Assembly (NCBI GenBank): GCA_043812915.1
Contig: JBDRLQ010000016.1
Location: 1 to 64,000, forward strand
Length of the DNA: 64,000 nucleotides
From: Candidatus Micrarchaeota archaeon
GTDB lineage: Archaea > Micrarchaeota > Micrarchaeia > Anstonellales > Bilamarchaeaceae
Direction: 5' to 3'
Part shown: positions 1-10,100 of the stretch, in pieces
Layout: every line of letters begins with the position of its first letter
How positions within the stretch are numbered: position 1 is the stretch's first letter
Notes under the pieces: generated by a model
Told to the model about the DNA's origin: nothing
What the model saw: the letters and a program-made list of their open reading frames with translations, nothing else
The model's database searches: none
Program-made: the position numbers and the translations under genes

Positions 1-1
1 G

Positions 2-892
2 ACAAATATCACAGAGCCGCTTGTTTCAGTAATCACCAACGTCTCGCTAGAGCACACCAGAATCCTTGGGGATACCGTGGAAAAGATAGCCGGGGAGAAA
101 GCCGGCATAATAAAGGAAAACGGCATTCTTGTATCTGCCTCAAAGGACAAAAATGCCCTTTCTGTTTTCGAGAAGGTGTGCAAGCAGAAGAAGTGCAAGA
201 TGCTCAGGCTGGGCAAGGAGATAGTTCTCGCGGAGTCCGAATCCTCGATGGCCGGGCAGATATTCAGCGTCTCTGTCAACGGAAAGACCTACAATCAGCT
301 TTCAATCCCCCTTGCAGGGGCTCACCAACTGGAGAATGCGGCCTGTGCTGTAGGCGCTGTCCACGCCTTGGACCTGCGGGGAATAACGCTTCCTGAGCGG
401 GGGGTCAGGATGGGCTTGCGAAGGGTCGCCTGGCCAGGAAGGCTGGAAACAATCAGGGGGGACCCACTCGTTGTCATTGATTGCGCAAAGGACCCTGAAG
501 CCATGAAGCGCCTGGCGGAAACAGTCGATACCATGGAACATGCGAAGCTCATCCTCGTCCTTGGAATATCCGCAGACAAGAACATCAAAAAGATGGCAGA
601 TGCAATCATGCCCAAGGCCGACCTGGTAATTGCCACTGCACACAAGGTGATGGACAGGGCAGCCGAGCCAGGAGAAATCGCAAAGCACGCTGCCCGCCAC
701 AAGAAGGAGTGCATAATCATCGATGATGTCCAGGAAGCGGTTGGGAAGGCGATTGAGCTTGCCGGTAAAAACGACCTGGTCCTAATTACAGGCTCATTAT
801 TTACCGTAGGGGAAGCGCGGGAGCTTTGGGAAAGTAAAGAAAAAGGAGAGAAATCCCTTGGCAGGGATTTTAATGAGATTCCTAAAAAATGA
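2..892 (+). CDS. folC: Folylpolyglutamate/dihydrofolate synthase (5'-truncated by window edge)
   Basis: Frame open from base 2: SVITNVSLEHTRILGDTVEKIAGEKAGIIK; later GAHQLENA, WPGRLE and TGSLFTVGE motifs of FolC. Confidence 0.92.
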   Translation, partial: TNITEPLVSVITNVSLEHTRILGDTVEKIAGEKAGIIKENGILVSASKDKNALSVFEKVCKQKKCKMLRLGKEIVLAESESSMAGQIFSVSVNGKTYNQLSIPLAGAHQLENAACAVGAVHALDLRGITLPERGVRMGLRRVAWPGRLETIRGDPLVVIDCAKDPEAMKRLAETVDTMEHAKLILVLGISADKNIKKMADAIMPKADLVIATAHKVMDRAAEPGEIAKHAARHKKECIIIDDVQEAVGKAIELAGKNDLVLITGSLFTVGEARELWESKEKGEKSLGRDFNEIPKK

Positions 893-954
893 GCGGCCGC
901 CACCATCCGGCTCCCATCAAAACCTTTTTATTTTACCAACCTGTTAGCAAGTTC

Positions 955-1518
955 ATGCCAGAGCGCAAATTCGTAATCGACACATCCCTTTTCGTGAATC
1001 CGAACGCCAGGAAAAAGTTCGGGAAAACCCCGACTGCTGCAGTCAGTGCCTTCGTCAAGAAAATCAAGGTCAAGAACATCCACATCTACATGCCGCCCTC
1101 TATTTTCATGGAAACGCGGAACTTCCTAACCGAGAAGAGCGCCACCGAACTGGAACTGGCGATAAAGAAGAAGGCGCCGAACACCTACGCAATCTACCTT
1201 CCGGCGGCGGTATTCTATGATTTTATTGATGATGTGCGGAGCAGGATAAACAAGGGCCTGCGCCTGGCCGAGGAATTTGCGAAAGACAACCAGCCGGACA
1301 ATGACGAGAAGCTGCGGAAGCTGCGGGACAAGTACCGTGAGGCCATGCGGACCGGCATCCTGGACAGCAAGGAGGATTTCGAGCTGCTTCTCTTGGCGAA
1401 GGAGCTGGATGCCGCGGTTGTCACCTCCGATGAGGGAGTAATAGAATTCGCCAATAAAATCGGTTGCGAGTGGGTGAAGGCCGAGAAATTTTATTCCCTG
1501 CTCGGAAAGCTAAAATGA
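955..1518 (+). CDS. HARP protein-only RNase P (homolog of Aquifex RNase P, PIN_5 family)
   Basis: FVIDTSLFVNP, YMPPSI, RSRINKGLRLAEE, LRDKYREAMRTGILDSKEDFELLLLAKELDAAVVTSDEG match HARP; start placed at ATG 955. Confidence 0.88.
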   Translation: MPERKFVIDTSLFVNPNARKKFGKTPTAAVSAFVKKIKVKNIHIYMPPSIFMETRNFLTEKSATELELAIKKKAPNTYAIYLPAAVFYDFIDDVRSRINKGLRLAEEFAKDNQPDNDEKLRKLRDKYREAMRTGILDSKEDFELLLLAKELDAAVVTSDEGVIEFANKIGCEWVKAEKFYSLLGKLK

Positions 1519-1665
1519 CCCCCTGCCGGCACTTTAGGAATTCGTTTTTCGTTTGTATGCTCTCATGTCATATAATTTTTCCAATCATGTTTTCCGTCGG
1601 AAGCCCTGATAAAGCTTATAAAGGTTAGCGGTTTATTCAACCCAAAATAAAAGCTTGGTGAAAAA

Positions 1666-2331
1666 ATGAAAAAAGCAATATTGCTAATGACTCTCCTCCT
1701 GTCTGCGGGCATTATAATGGCTATCCAGCCAGCCAGCAGTTGGACGGTAGTAGCAACTGGAAAGTACAACCAGTCTGTCGTAGCGAACGTAACCACTGAG
1801 GGCGGAAACGTCACCAACGTGAACTTGGGAGGCAACGTCTCAACAGAGAGGTGGGCCGGATTCTGGGGGAACGTCACAGGTGAGATAATCCTCTCCCCAT
1901 CCACATCCATCTTCTATAGGTGGGCATGGAGCTCTGCAAGGGGCGGTGAAGTTTGCGCGGTTGCCTCGCCCGTGCCATTCGACTGGACAAATGTCCAGGC
2001 GGCAGTGGCGAACGACGTGGACAGTGTCTGGGGATTCGGCGACGCGACGGACAACGCCACTAACACGCTCACGCAGGCCGTGTGCAACGTTTACGTGGCA
2101 GGGACATCCGTCACTACTGTCGGTAACCTGACTGGTGTCGGTGGATTCGAGACATGTGCGGTGGCCGACAATGGGGCCCCGGCGGCAAAATCTGACCTGG
2201 CTTTCTGCACGAACATATCGCAGGGGGGCAGCCTGTTCAACGGGCAGGATGGGGATTACGAGGTTCTTGTCCCTACCGATGAAGCCGACGGTGCGACTGA
2301 GACGTACTACTTCTGGATAGAGCTCGACTAG
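1666..2331 (+). CDS. Secreted 221-aa beta-rich protein, putative major subunit of a surface fibre
   Basis: Signal peptide, no membrane anchor; TEGGNVT...WAGFWGNVTG...DYEVLVP...YYFWIELD domain shared with 3984-6155 and the C-terminus of 7145-15901; GGTGA RBS, upstream TATA, strong U-tract after stop. Confidence 0.75.
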   Translation: MKKAILLMTLLLSAGIIMAIQPASSWTVVATGKYNQSVVANVTTEGGNVTNVNLGGNVSTERWAGFWGNVTGEIILSPSTSIFYRWAWSSARGGEVCAVASPVPFDWTNVQAAVANDVDSVWGFGDATDNATNTLTQAVCNVYVAGTSVTTVGNLTGVGGFETCAVADNGAPAAKSDLAFCTNISQGGSLFNGQDGDYEVLVPTDEADGATETYYFWIELD

Positions 2332-2334
2332 GGC

Positions 2335-2361
2335 TCTTTTCCCTTTCTTTTTATTTTTCTG
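2335..2361 (+). terminator. U-rich archaeal terminator
   Basis: TCTTTTCCCTTTCTTTTTATTTTTCT right after the stop at 2331. Confidence 0.55.
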
Positions 2362-2404
2362 CTCATAAGCTCATTTTTATAATATTTCACTTCAATTTTC
2401 CAGT

Positions 2405-4048
2405 ATGAAAAAACTGTTCATAGCGCTCATTCTTATGGCGCAATTAGGATTCAGCACAGTTGTCACAAATTCCCTTGACGGCAGGGACGTGATTTCCGCC
2501 ATGTACTATGCCGCTCTAAAGGGCGAGGATTTCATCTTTTCTCCGCCGGTTCCGAATGCCCCGGAGCTCTATGGCAAGATTGGCAGTGGGAGCAGCATAC
2601 TCATTGTCCAGTCATCATCACATCCTGCGCTCCCGGGCATGGCCGATGATTTGAGGAACAAGGACAATGAAGTGGATGTTCTGCTTTCTGAAAACCCATA
2701 TTCCACAAACCTTGAGCTTGCCCGGATGAGCGGAGCAACCAGCTTTGTGCTGGTCGACCCTGTCTACGGATACAATACGATATCTGCCCTTGCATATGCC
2801 AAAATGAAAAACATGTACCTCATATTCGTTGACGGGCAGAATGCCGCCCAAGTCGTTTCATTTCTGAAGGAACGAAATCCCCAGGACCTCCTTCTTTATG
2901 GTTATACGGATTCCAATGTCAAGGATGCGCTCGAATCCGGGCGCCTTCCCTTCCGCGAAATAAACTACGGCGACAAGTTCGAGGACAATCTTGAGCTTGT
3001 CCGCCTTTACCAGCAGGATAGCGAGCCGCCTCTGCAGGTCATACTCTCGGATGGCAATGCCGTTGATGATACAATTGCAGTTGGCGATAATCCGGTGGTC
3101 CTGATAAGCCCCGTGATACCCTCGATTGTCCGCGATTTCATCAAGGAGAATGCCGTTAGCGGAAAAATCCCGGTTGCTCTGGTGGTGGAGGAAGGGTACG
3201 CGCAGACCGCCTATGACCTCAAGAGCTCGATAAACAGCGAGGTCGGGACCGATGCCCTCCACGTTTTCGTCAAATTCGGGGAGAGCTCGACCCTCTCAGG
3301 AGGGATGCTTCCCGTCGAGTTCTTCCCGCTTCCAGGCCCGGTCCTTGGCATGAATATAGTCGGTGTGGACTACAACAAGGCGACAAGCAAGCTTGAAATC
3401 ACTTATGAGAACACCGGAAACGCCCCGGAGTATGTCAAGAGCACCATTCTTGTATTCACCGATGGTGAATATGTCGCGACTCTGGGTGATGAGGTGGCGT
3501 TTCCCTTGGGCAAGGGGGAGAAATCCGGTCGCGGATACGAAATCTCGATAGAGGAAGGTCAGGTGTCCGCCAACATCACATCCATGTTTGGCTCGTCCCG
3601 GAGGTCCGCAGAGACCGGCATACAGGTCCTGATGAGCGCTGGCACGGTCGCATTCTTGGACGAGTCCCTCCTTGGCATTGATTCCTTCAGCGTGGATGGG
3701 CCTAGCGGCGACCTTTATGTGACTTTCAGCAACCTGGGCGCTTCGGAGGTCTATTTCCAGCCCTATGCCATCGCGGAAGTCGAAGGCAGGAGCACCAGGC
3801 TGGAGGATGATAAGACATATGGCCTCTCCAGCGGGGAGAGCCGGATGCTCAAGTTCCCGGCAATTGCCAAGGGAGGAGGAAAGATGGTGGCCGGCGCAGA
3901 CTACGGCTCAAGGGAGGCTTTCCTTAACAAGAATATCGAGGAGGAATTCGTGCCGCCGCCATCAGGGATAGACCCGCTCCTTCTTATTGGCGCTCTCGTG
4001 CTGCTGGCTGTGATTGCGGGGGCGTATTTCCTGACGCGGAAGAAGTAG
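2405..4048 (+). CDS. Membrane-anchored surface protein (repeated alpha/beta modules, two Ig-like domains, C-terminal TM)
   Basis: Signal peptide ending GFS; C-terminal hydrophobic helix followed by TRKK. Confidence 0.75.
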   Translation: MKKLFIALILMAQLGFSTVVTNSLDGRDVISAMYYAALKGEDFIFSPPVPNAPELYGKIGSGSSILIVQSSSHPALPGMADDLRNKDNEVDVLLSENPYSTNLELARMSGATSFVLVDPVYGYNTISALAYAKMKNMYLIFVDGQNAAQVVSFLKERNPQDLLLYGYTDSNVKDALESGRLPFREINYGDKFEDNLELVRLYQQDSEPPLQVILSDGNAVDDTIAVGDNPVVLISPVIPSIVRDFIKENAVSGKIPVALVVEEGYAQTAYDLKSSINSEVGTDALHVFVKFGESSTLSGGMLPVEFFPLPGPVLGMNIVGVDYNKATSKLEITYENTGNAPEYVKSTILVFTDGEYVATLGDEVAFPLGKGEKSGRGYEISIEEGQVSANITSMFGSSRRSAETGIQVLMSAGTVAFLDESLLGIDSFSVDGPSGDLYVTFSNLGASEVYFQPYAIAEVEGRSTRLEDDKTYGLSSGESRMLKFPAIAKGGGKMVAGADYGSREAFLNKNIEEEFVPPPSGIDPLLLIGALVLLAVIAGAYFLTRKK

Positions 4049-6155
4049 CTTTCCTGCTGCCTTCTGGCATCGCGGCGCCCTTACTTCTGCTGCCGTGCTT
4101 CCCTTCGGCTTCTTCTTCATTTTCCCCATCTCCAAGTAGCTTCTTCTTTACCAGCTGTAGCATCTCAATTATCAGCTGCAGGATAACCACATTCGACATG
4201 AAGCAGATGTTAAGGAGCCAAAGATTCGGAAGTGCAAGGACAAGCGGTGCAAGGGAATAAGCCGCTGATTTCAGGTTCTTCCAGAGCCACCTCCTCCTTG
4301 CGAACCTGAAGTTGAGCACAGCCCCTGTTATCGATAATATCCAAAGCAGGTATATGGTCCCTGGCGGGAACTCCCAGAAGTTTAGGAAAATCGGGAACCT
4401 GCACACATATCCGCCCCCGACATCTGCCTTCGCTTCGCCTATAAAATATCCCTCTTTCTCCGCGCCAAGATTATATTCCCCTGGCATCTCGAAGGTATAT
4501 CTAAAGCAGCCGTCAGTCCCGGTCATCGCAGTGTCTGCGCCTATTCTGACCAATGCCTCATCAACCGGCCTGCCCTGGCTGTCGGTAAGGCATATCACGG
4601 TCTGCAGGCCAGCAACTATCCCGTCTGTGATTATGAAGAAGCCCCGTTTGATTACTGGTATTATCCGGCCTATCTGCGGGAACCCGTTTGCGTATGCGTA
4701 TATCAGACCGTTATAAGGGGCCTGGATGGTGCCGTAGCCGTTTATATCAGCATAGACGCCGCCATACTCGGTGAATATATAAGCTCCCGGGATCCCCTCC
4801 CCGAGATTGTCGATTATCTTTACAAGGAAGTCCTCGCCCTCCATAGCCTCTTCAATGAATATGAGCAAATCCAGCTCCTTCTCCACGCATTCATGGCTGC
4901 TGCAGTATTCGGTTCCCTGGCAGTCAGCATCGAAGCAGCATTCAAAGGGGGAACATGAGTGGGCGCTGACCTCTCCGCACGGGCACTCCACCTTGATGCA
5001 GGAGCCGGATGCGCACTTCTCATAACCTGCACAGTCTGAGTCCGTACGGCAGAGGGCGCACTCGCCCCCCTCGCAGAGTCCACTGAGGCACTCACCGTCC
5101 CGACCGCACTCTTCCTCTTTATTCTTTTTTTGCTCGCACGCTCCGGCGCCGCAATACTCCTCATCCGCACAGTCAGAATCCACAGAGCATTCCAGGAGGA
5201 CGATTATTATAAAATCGACTTCATCATACGCTTTGCCGTTCCAGGCCCTAACCGTGATTATATACTCCCCTGGCTCAAGCGCGCTAACAGGGATTCCAAT
5301 CCCGGCCTCCCCATACCTTGGTATCGAGGCTATGCTTCCGGAGCCACAGGAGAGGCCGGCAGGACAGTCAAAGGAGACCTGTATATTGTTTTCGTTGAAA
5401 TCGCCGGTGTTCCTGATAATCACACTCACGTCGAAGGAATCGCCTGCGGTTGCAGTGTACGTGCCCGGGGGCAGCACGACTATCCTGTGCTCATCGCCGC
5501 CTCCACCCCCGCCAGTGGGGGTGCAGGTATATATGACATCCAGCCACAGCGTATAATCCGTTGTAGTTGTGTTGGGCGTCGGCAGCATCAGCTGATAGTC
5601 GCTGGTTCCGCCCATCCAGTTTGGCCTGTCGTTCACGACTTCTGTTACGAATACCATACGCCCAATGGCGTCTGTCAGGTAGCCCTCCCTGAAATCCGCT
5701 GAAGTTGCGTTGTTGGCAAAAAGATAGCTTGTCGGCACGTTCGTGAATGTCCCGAAACTCAGGGTGAATGCGCTTAGCGAGGTGAACGTGCTGCTCCCAT
5801 TCTCATTCTCGGTGGAAAGGAAAGAGTCAAGTGCGCCAAGGTTGCCTGGGCCGAGGGGAAGCGTGAAATTGCTGCCGTTTACGGCCAGGACGTGCCTGCC
5901 TGAGACCGTATATCCGGCGGGGCAGGGCGGGACCTGGCCGACCATGTTCAGCAGGCTGATGTTATTCCCCGCAATCGTCCGGTTATATGTCCCACCAGCC
6001 CCTAAAACCACATCGCCATAGAGGCCCCCCCAGTGGTATGAGCTGGTATTGTCCATTATCTCCAACTGCGTGACATTCCCTCCTTCCGTGGAGGTCTGCG
6101 CCAGCAGCGTGGATGCCAGAAGCAGCATGGCCACTATGACCTTCGTGCAATCCAT
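3984..6155 (-). CDS. Multidomain membrane-anchored surface protein (N-terminal TEGGNVT domain, CARDB/Ig-like domain, Cys-rich repeats, C-terminal TM helices)
   Basis: Signal peptide, STEGGNVT..HWGGLYGDV, Gly linker, IRNTGD, CxxDxDC repeats, about 3 hydrophobic segments near the C-terminus. Confidence 0.75.
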   Translation of the reverse strand: MDCTKVIVAMLLLASTLLAQTSTEGGNVTQLEIMDNTSSYHWGGLYGDVVLGAGGTYNRTIAGNNISLLNMVGQVPPCPAGYTVSGRHVLAVNGSNFTLPLGPGNLGALDSFLSTENENGSSTFTSLSAFTLSFGTFTNVPTSYLFANNATSADFREGYLTDAIGRMVFVTEVVNDRPNWMGGTSDYQLMLPTPNTTTTDYTLWLDVIYTCTPTGGGGGGDEHRIVVLPPGTYTATAGDSFDVSVIIRNTGDFNENNIQVSFDCPAGLSCGSGSIASIPRYGEAGIGIPVSALEPGEYIITVRAWNGKAYDEVDFIIIVLLECSVDSDCADEEYCGAGACEQKKNKEEECGRDGECLSGLCEGGECALCRTDSDCAGYEKCASGSCIKVECPCGEVSAHSCSPFECCFDADCQGTEYCSSHECVEKELDLLIFIEEAMEGEDFLVKIIDNLGEGIPGAYIFTEYGGVYADINGYGTIQAPYNGLIYAYANGFPQIGRIIPVIKRGFFIITDGIVAGLQTVICLTDSQGRPVDEALVRIGADTAMTGTDGCFRYTFEMPGEYNLGAEKEGYFIGEAKADVGGGYVCRFPIFLNFWEFPPGTIYLLWILSITGAVLNFRFARRRWLWKNLKSAAYSLAPLVLALPNLWLLNICFMSNVVILQLIIEMLQLVKKKLLGDGENEEEAEGKHGSRSKGAAMPEGSRKATSSASGNTPPQSQPAARERQ

Positions 6156-6206
6156 CGTTTTCTCTCCGAAGATAAACTATTTAAAGTGTATTCCCGAGTG
6201 TAAAGC

Positions 6207-7148
6207 ATGTTGTCGTCGAAGGGTAACAAATTTCCAGCGATATTGCTGGCGCCCTTTTTTCTGATGCTCACGATGACTGCGGGCGGAGCCTTTGAGGATG
6301 GTCACCATTCGGACGAGGCAAGCGCATGCGCCGGCTTCAAGGGGAAATGCTTCGAGTCGGTTGAAGAAGCGCTGAATTCCTCTTCTGCAAACCTCTCGCG
6401 GGGCGACTCCGTCTTCGTGGAAGTTGATGACTATCCACGAGCCCAGTACGAATATGTGGAGGGCGTTCCTGCGGACGATATAGATGACTTTGTGGATATT
6501 GACAGTTACATGAATCAGACTGGCTTCCAGGAGCCGGATGTGGGCCAGGAAGGTCTTTTCCAGCCTGAAGGGCTGCAAAGCTATGGTGAGCTCTTCGAGG
6601 CCGGAAAAGGGCAGGGGTCCTGGAACGAGTTTCCAGGCGCCATCTCATTTGTCCAAAAGAGGCAGGCGAGGCTGAATGCAATTGACATCTATCCCGGGGA
6701 TCGGGGATTCTCGGTCGCACTCACCTTCTCCACTTCCCGGGCATCCGCCGACTCCCCCCTGGTCAGCTCTGGGGAATGCTGCGGTCTGGAGGAATACTGG
6801 GCGATTGAGCTTAGCACAGACGGCGAATCCGCAGTCCTTTCAATCAAGTTGAATGATGGGAGCGGAGAGATATCTGGCCAGGGCTCAAGGAACCTTGCAG
6901 ACGGCCAGAAGCACCGCGTCGTTTTCGTTCGTGATCGGGCCAGCCGCACCATTCGCGGCTATGTGGATGGCAGGCCGGAGCTTGAATTCGAAGATGCTAC
7001 CAACAGCATTTCCGATAGCTCGGAGGCGCTTTGCCTAGGAAACGGCAACCAGTACGAGGATGGCTGGTTTTACGGTGATATGTCGGACCTAGTGATTTTC
7101 CTGCATGCACTAGGAGAGGTGGAAGCAGCGGGGCTTTCGGTGGGTTGA
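6207..7148 (+). CDS. Secreted LamG/concanavalin A-like domain protein
   Basis: Hydrophobic N-terminus; LADGQKHRVVFVRDR...GYVDG...LCLG...FYGDMSDLVIFLHAL pattern; overlaps the next gene start. Confidence 0.75.
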   Translation: MLSSKGNKFPAILLAPFFLMLTMTAGGAFEDGHHSDEASACAGFKGKCFESVEEALNSSSANLSRGDSVFVEVDDYPRAQYEYVEGVPADDIDDFVDIDSYMNQTGFQEPDVGQEGLFQPEGLQSYGELFEAGKGQGSWNEFPGAISFVQKRQARLNAIDIYPGDRGFSVALTFSTSRASADSPLVSSGECCGLEEYWAIELSTDGESAVLSIKLNDGSGEISGQGSRNLADGQKHRVVFVRDRASRTIRGYVDGRPELEFEDATNSISDSSEALCLGNGNQYEDGWFYGDMSDLVIFLHALGEVEAAGLSVG

Positions 7149-10100
7149 TGAGTCGGATTCTTTCTTTGCTGGCGCTTTTTGTGCTTCTTTCCCATTGCCT
7201 GCACGCTTCAGACGCTTTCATGGCATACAGCTCGAACACCGGTGCCTGCGCCGGGAACCTGCTCAACTGCCCGAAAATCAAATTGTGGAACTCCTCTGCA
7301 GCCGGGGGGGCCGGGAGCTGGGGCTCAGAGGTAGAGCTTGCGACTGCCGGCTCGCCCGTAATCTACGTGAGCGCCAAATGGTCTCCGATATCCGATAAAA
7401 AAATCATCATCAGCCAAAGCGAGGACGGTTATCTTGACGCTTATGTGTGCATGTCTAATTGCGGGAGCTCCTCATCATGGACAGTGACCAACAACATCGG
7501 CCAGATATGGTTTGGGGCCACACCAACCCCCCTATCCCGGAGGGTGGATGTGGATTTCGAGTCTTCTACCGGCAATGCGGTGGTGGTTTACGGGGTGTAC
7601 AGCGCGGTTGTGACCCAGGATCTTGCCTACAAGGTGCTGCCGGCCAACGCATCCAGCTTCAGCGGAATCACCGAGCAGTACATTAACGACGGGGGACACG
7701 CGACAAATATCCAGTACTCTTGGGTCAGGATGGACCGGAAGCCGACTGCCGGCAGCGAACTCATAGTCACTGGCTTCGACAGCACTGACAATGACATAAA
7801 TTCCTGGGTATGGGATGGCGCCTCGTGGGGCAACCAGATATCAATTTCGGATGCATCCACCGCTACCGGGGGCTACGAAGCCCTGGCAGTGCGATATGCC
7901 CAAGATGGCAGCAAGGGCATGTCTGTTGGCGGAACCGGGACTGCTGGAACGGTCAACACGCGCTACTGGAACGGCTCGGCATGGTCCGCGATAATCGCCT
8001 TCGACATAGACCCTGGAGATACGCTGGACGCCAGGTGGATAAACCTGAAGGCCGACCCGGCAACGGATGATTTGCAGATGGTGATTATGGACAGCGGCAG
8101 CGATTTGCACACCTCCTACTGGAACGGGGCCGCGTGGGCCGTCACTTCCAACATAGACACCGGCCTTGACCGGAACACTGAGCGATGCGCTGATTTCGAA
8201 TGGTCCTCAGCCGGATCGAGTGGGAGATTGGTCTGGGACACCGACGGCGCAGGAGGCAGGCTCAGCCAGAGGGCCTGCTCTCCACAGTGCACCGGAGGGA
8301 CATCCACGACATCGACATACGTCGGGCGAGGGCGCTGGATAACCATGTACCGCAACCCGGCGGCCAGCCAGCTCGTGAAAATCCTTTCGGCACGGCTGAA
8401 TGCGAATATTGATATCGGATCATTCTTTTTCGACGGGACAGCGTATACGAATTACGGGGATAGCAGCATAACCGCGAACACCTACTCAACCGCTACCGAG
8501 TCATATGCCGTTTCCTTCGAGCCAAGATCTACATGCATGGTCCTGCGCTATCCTGGCAATTACTCGCTTCATAGCGATATCGCCGGGGCGCCCTTGGGCA
8601 CGGCGGTCCTGACCGGCAGCTCCACCGCTTGCGTAATCATATCCTCTTCCGATGTATCCCTCGACTGCCAGGGCTACCTTATCAACAGCTCAAACGAATT
8701 AGGCACAACATTCGGCATTCTGGTGAACAAGTCCCAGTCCAACATATCGATCAGGAACTGCCGCGTTACTAACTATACGTACGGTTTTTACATTCACGAT
8801 TCGAATTACACATTCCTCCAGAACAACACTGCCTTCGGCAATTCCAACGGTTTCGCCATTGGTAACAGCTCATCGACCCTCAACAACATCACCAACTGCA
8901 CCGCCTACAGCAACGGGGTGGGCGTGAATGTGTCTAACTCCAATCTCACTCTGATTAGGCAGGCCTCTCTCTTTGCCAATACCCTTGACCTGTACCTGGC
9001 AAGCTCGCTGCCAGCTCCAGCCTCGAACATATTCAACTCGTCCGGGCTCATGTTCCTCAATCCGGCCGGGACGCTCCTGAACTACACGAACATCAGCGTC
9101 TACGATTCCCTGCTGACTGGCGAGCGCTATTCCTTCAAATGGACTTCCAATTCCAGCGCACTTCCTGCAAGCCATTCAAGCTTCAGGCAGAAGTTCATCA
9201 ATATCTCATCCCTGGGGATTTCCAGCTCCATAACCACCATCACATGGCACTATCTGGATTCCGAGACATCCGGCTATGATGAGAGGACTTTCGAGTTGTG
9301 GAAATACAACTCGAGCGGATGGTCCCTTTTGAACAGCTCGCCGGACACTCCCGGCAACCGCTTCACTATCTCCGGGCTGAACCCAACCAGTGACTTCGGA
9401 ATCCTGGAGAATGACGGCTGCCGGATAATCTCATCCCCTGGGAGCTACCAGCTCAATTCGAGCCTCAGCGGTGCCCCCATCCCGGCCTCAGAAGTCACCG
9501 ACATATCATGGGCCTGCATGAAGATAGCCTCAAGCAACGTGGATTTCAACTGCAACGGGTATTCGATTTCCAACAACGGCACCGGGCCGGCCGCAGGCAT
9601 AGTGATAAACGGCTCCACGACTGTGGACTATACCAACGTCACGGTAAGGAACTGCCCCTCAATATCCGGTTATTATGTAGGCGCTTACGTGTATCTTTCC
9701 AGGCTTGATACCATCCGGAATGTCTCTTCAAACAACAACACTCTGGCCGATTTCTACTTTTACGGCAGCTACTACTGCGCCCTGGACAACAGCACGGCAA
9801 ACGGGAGCTCGAACTACGGCTATTACGTCAGGGACAGCTACTACACCAACCTGAGCAACAGTGCCGCCAGCTTCAATAGCTTAGGATTCTATATCTCCAC
9901 CTCCCAGATCACCAATGTCACCGGGAGCCGCGCCTTCAACAACAGCGGCAATGGCTTCTACTTCTGGGCCGCCTTAGATTCCGACGTCCCGAATATCTGG
10001 AGCTACCTGTATAACTCCAGTTCATACTGGAATGGAGGTTATGGGGTCCGCCTCACCTACGCCTCGTTGGCCACTCTCAGGAACATGACTGCGAACAACA

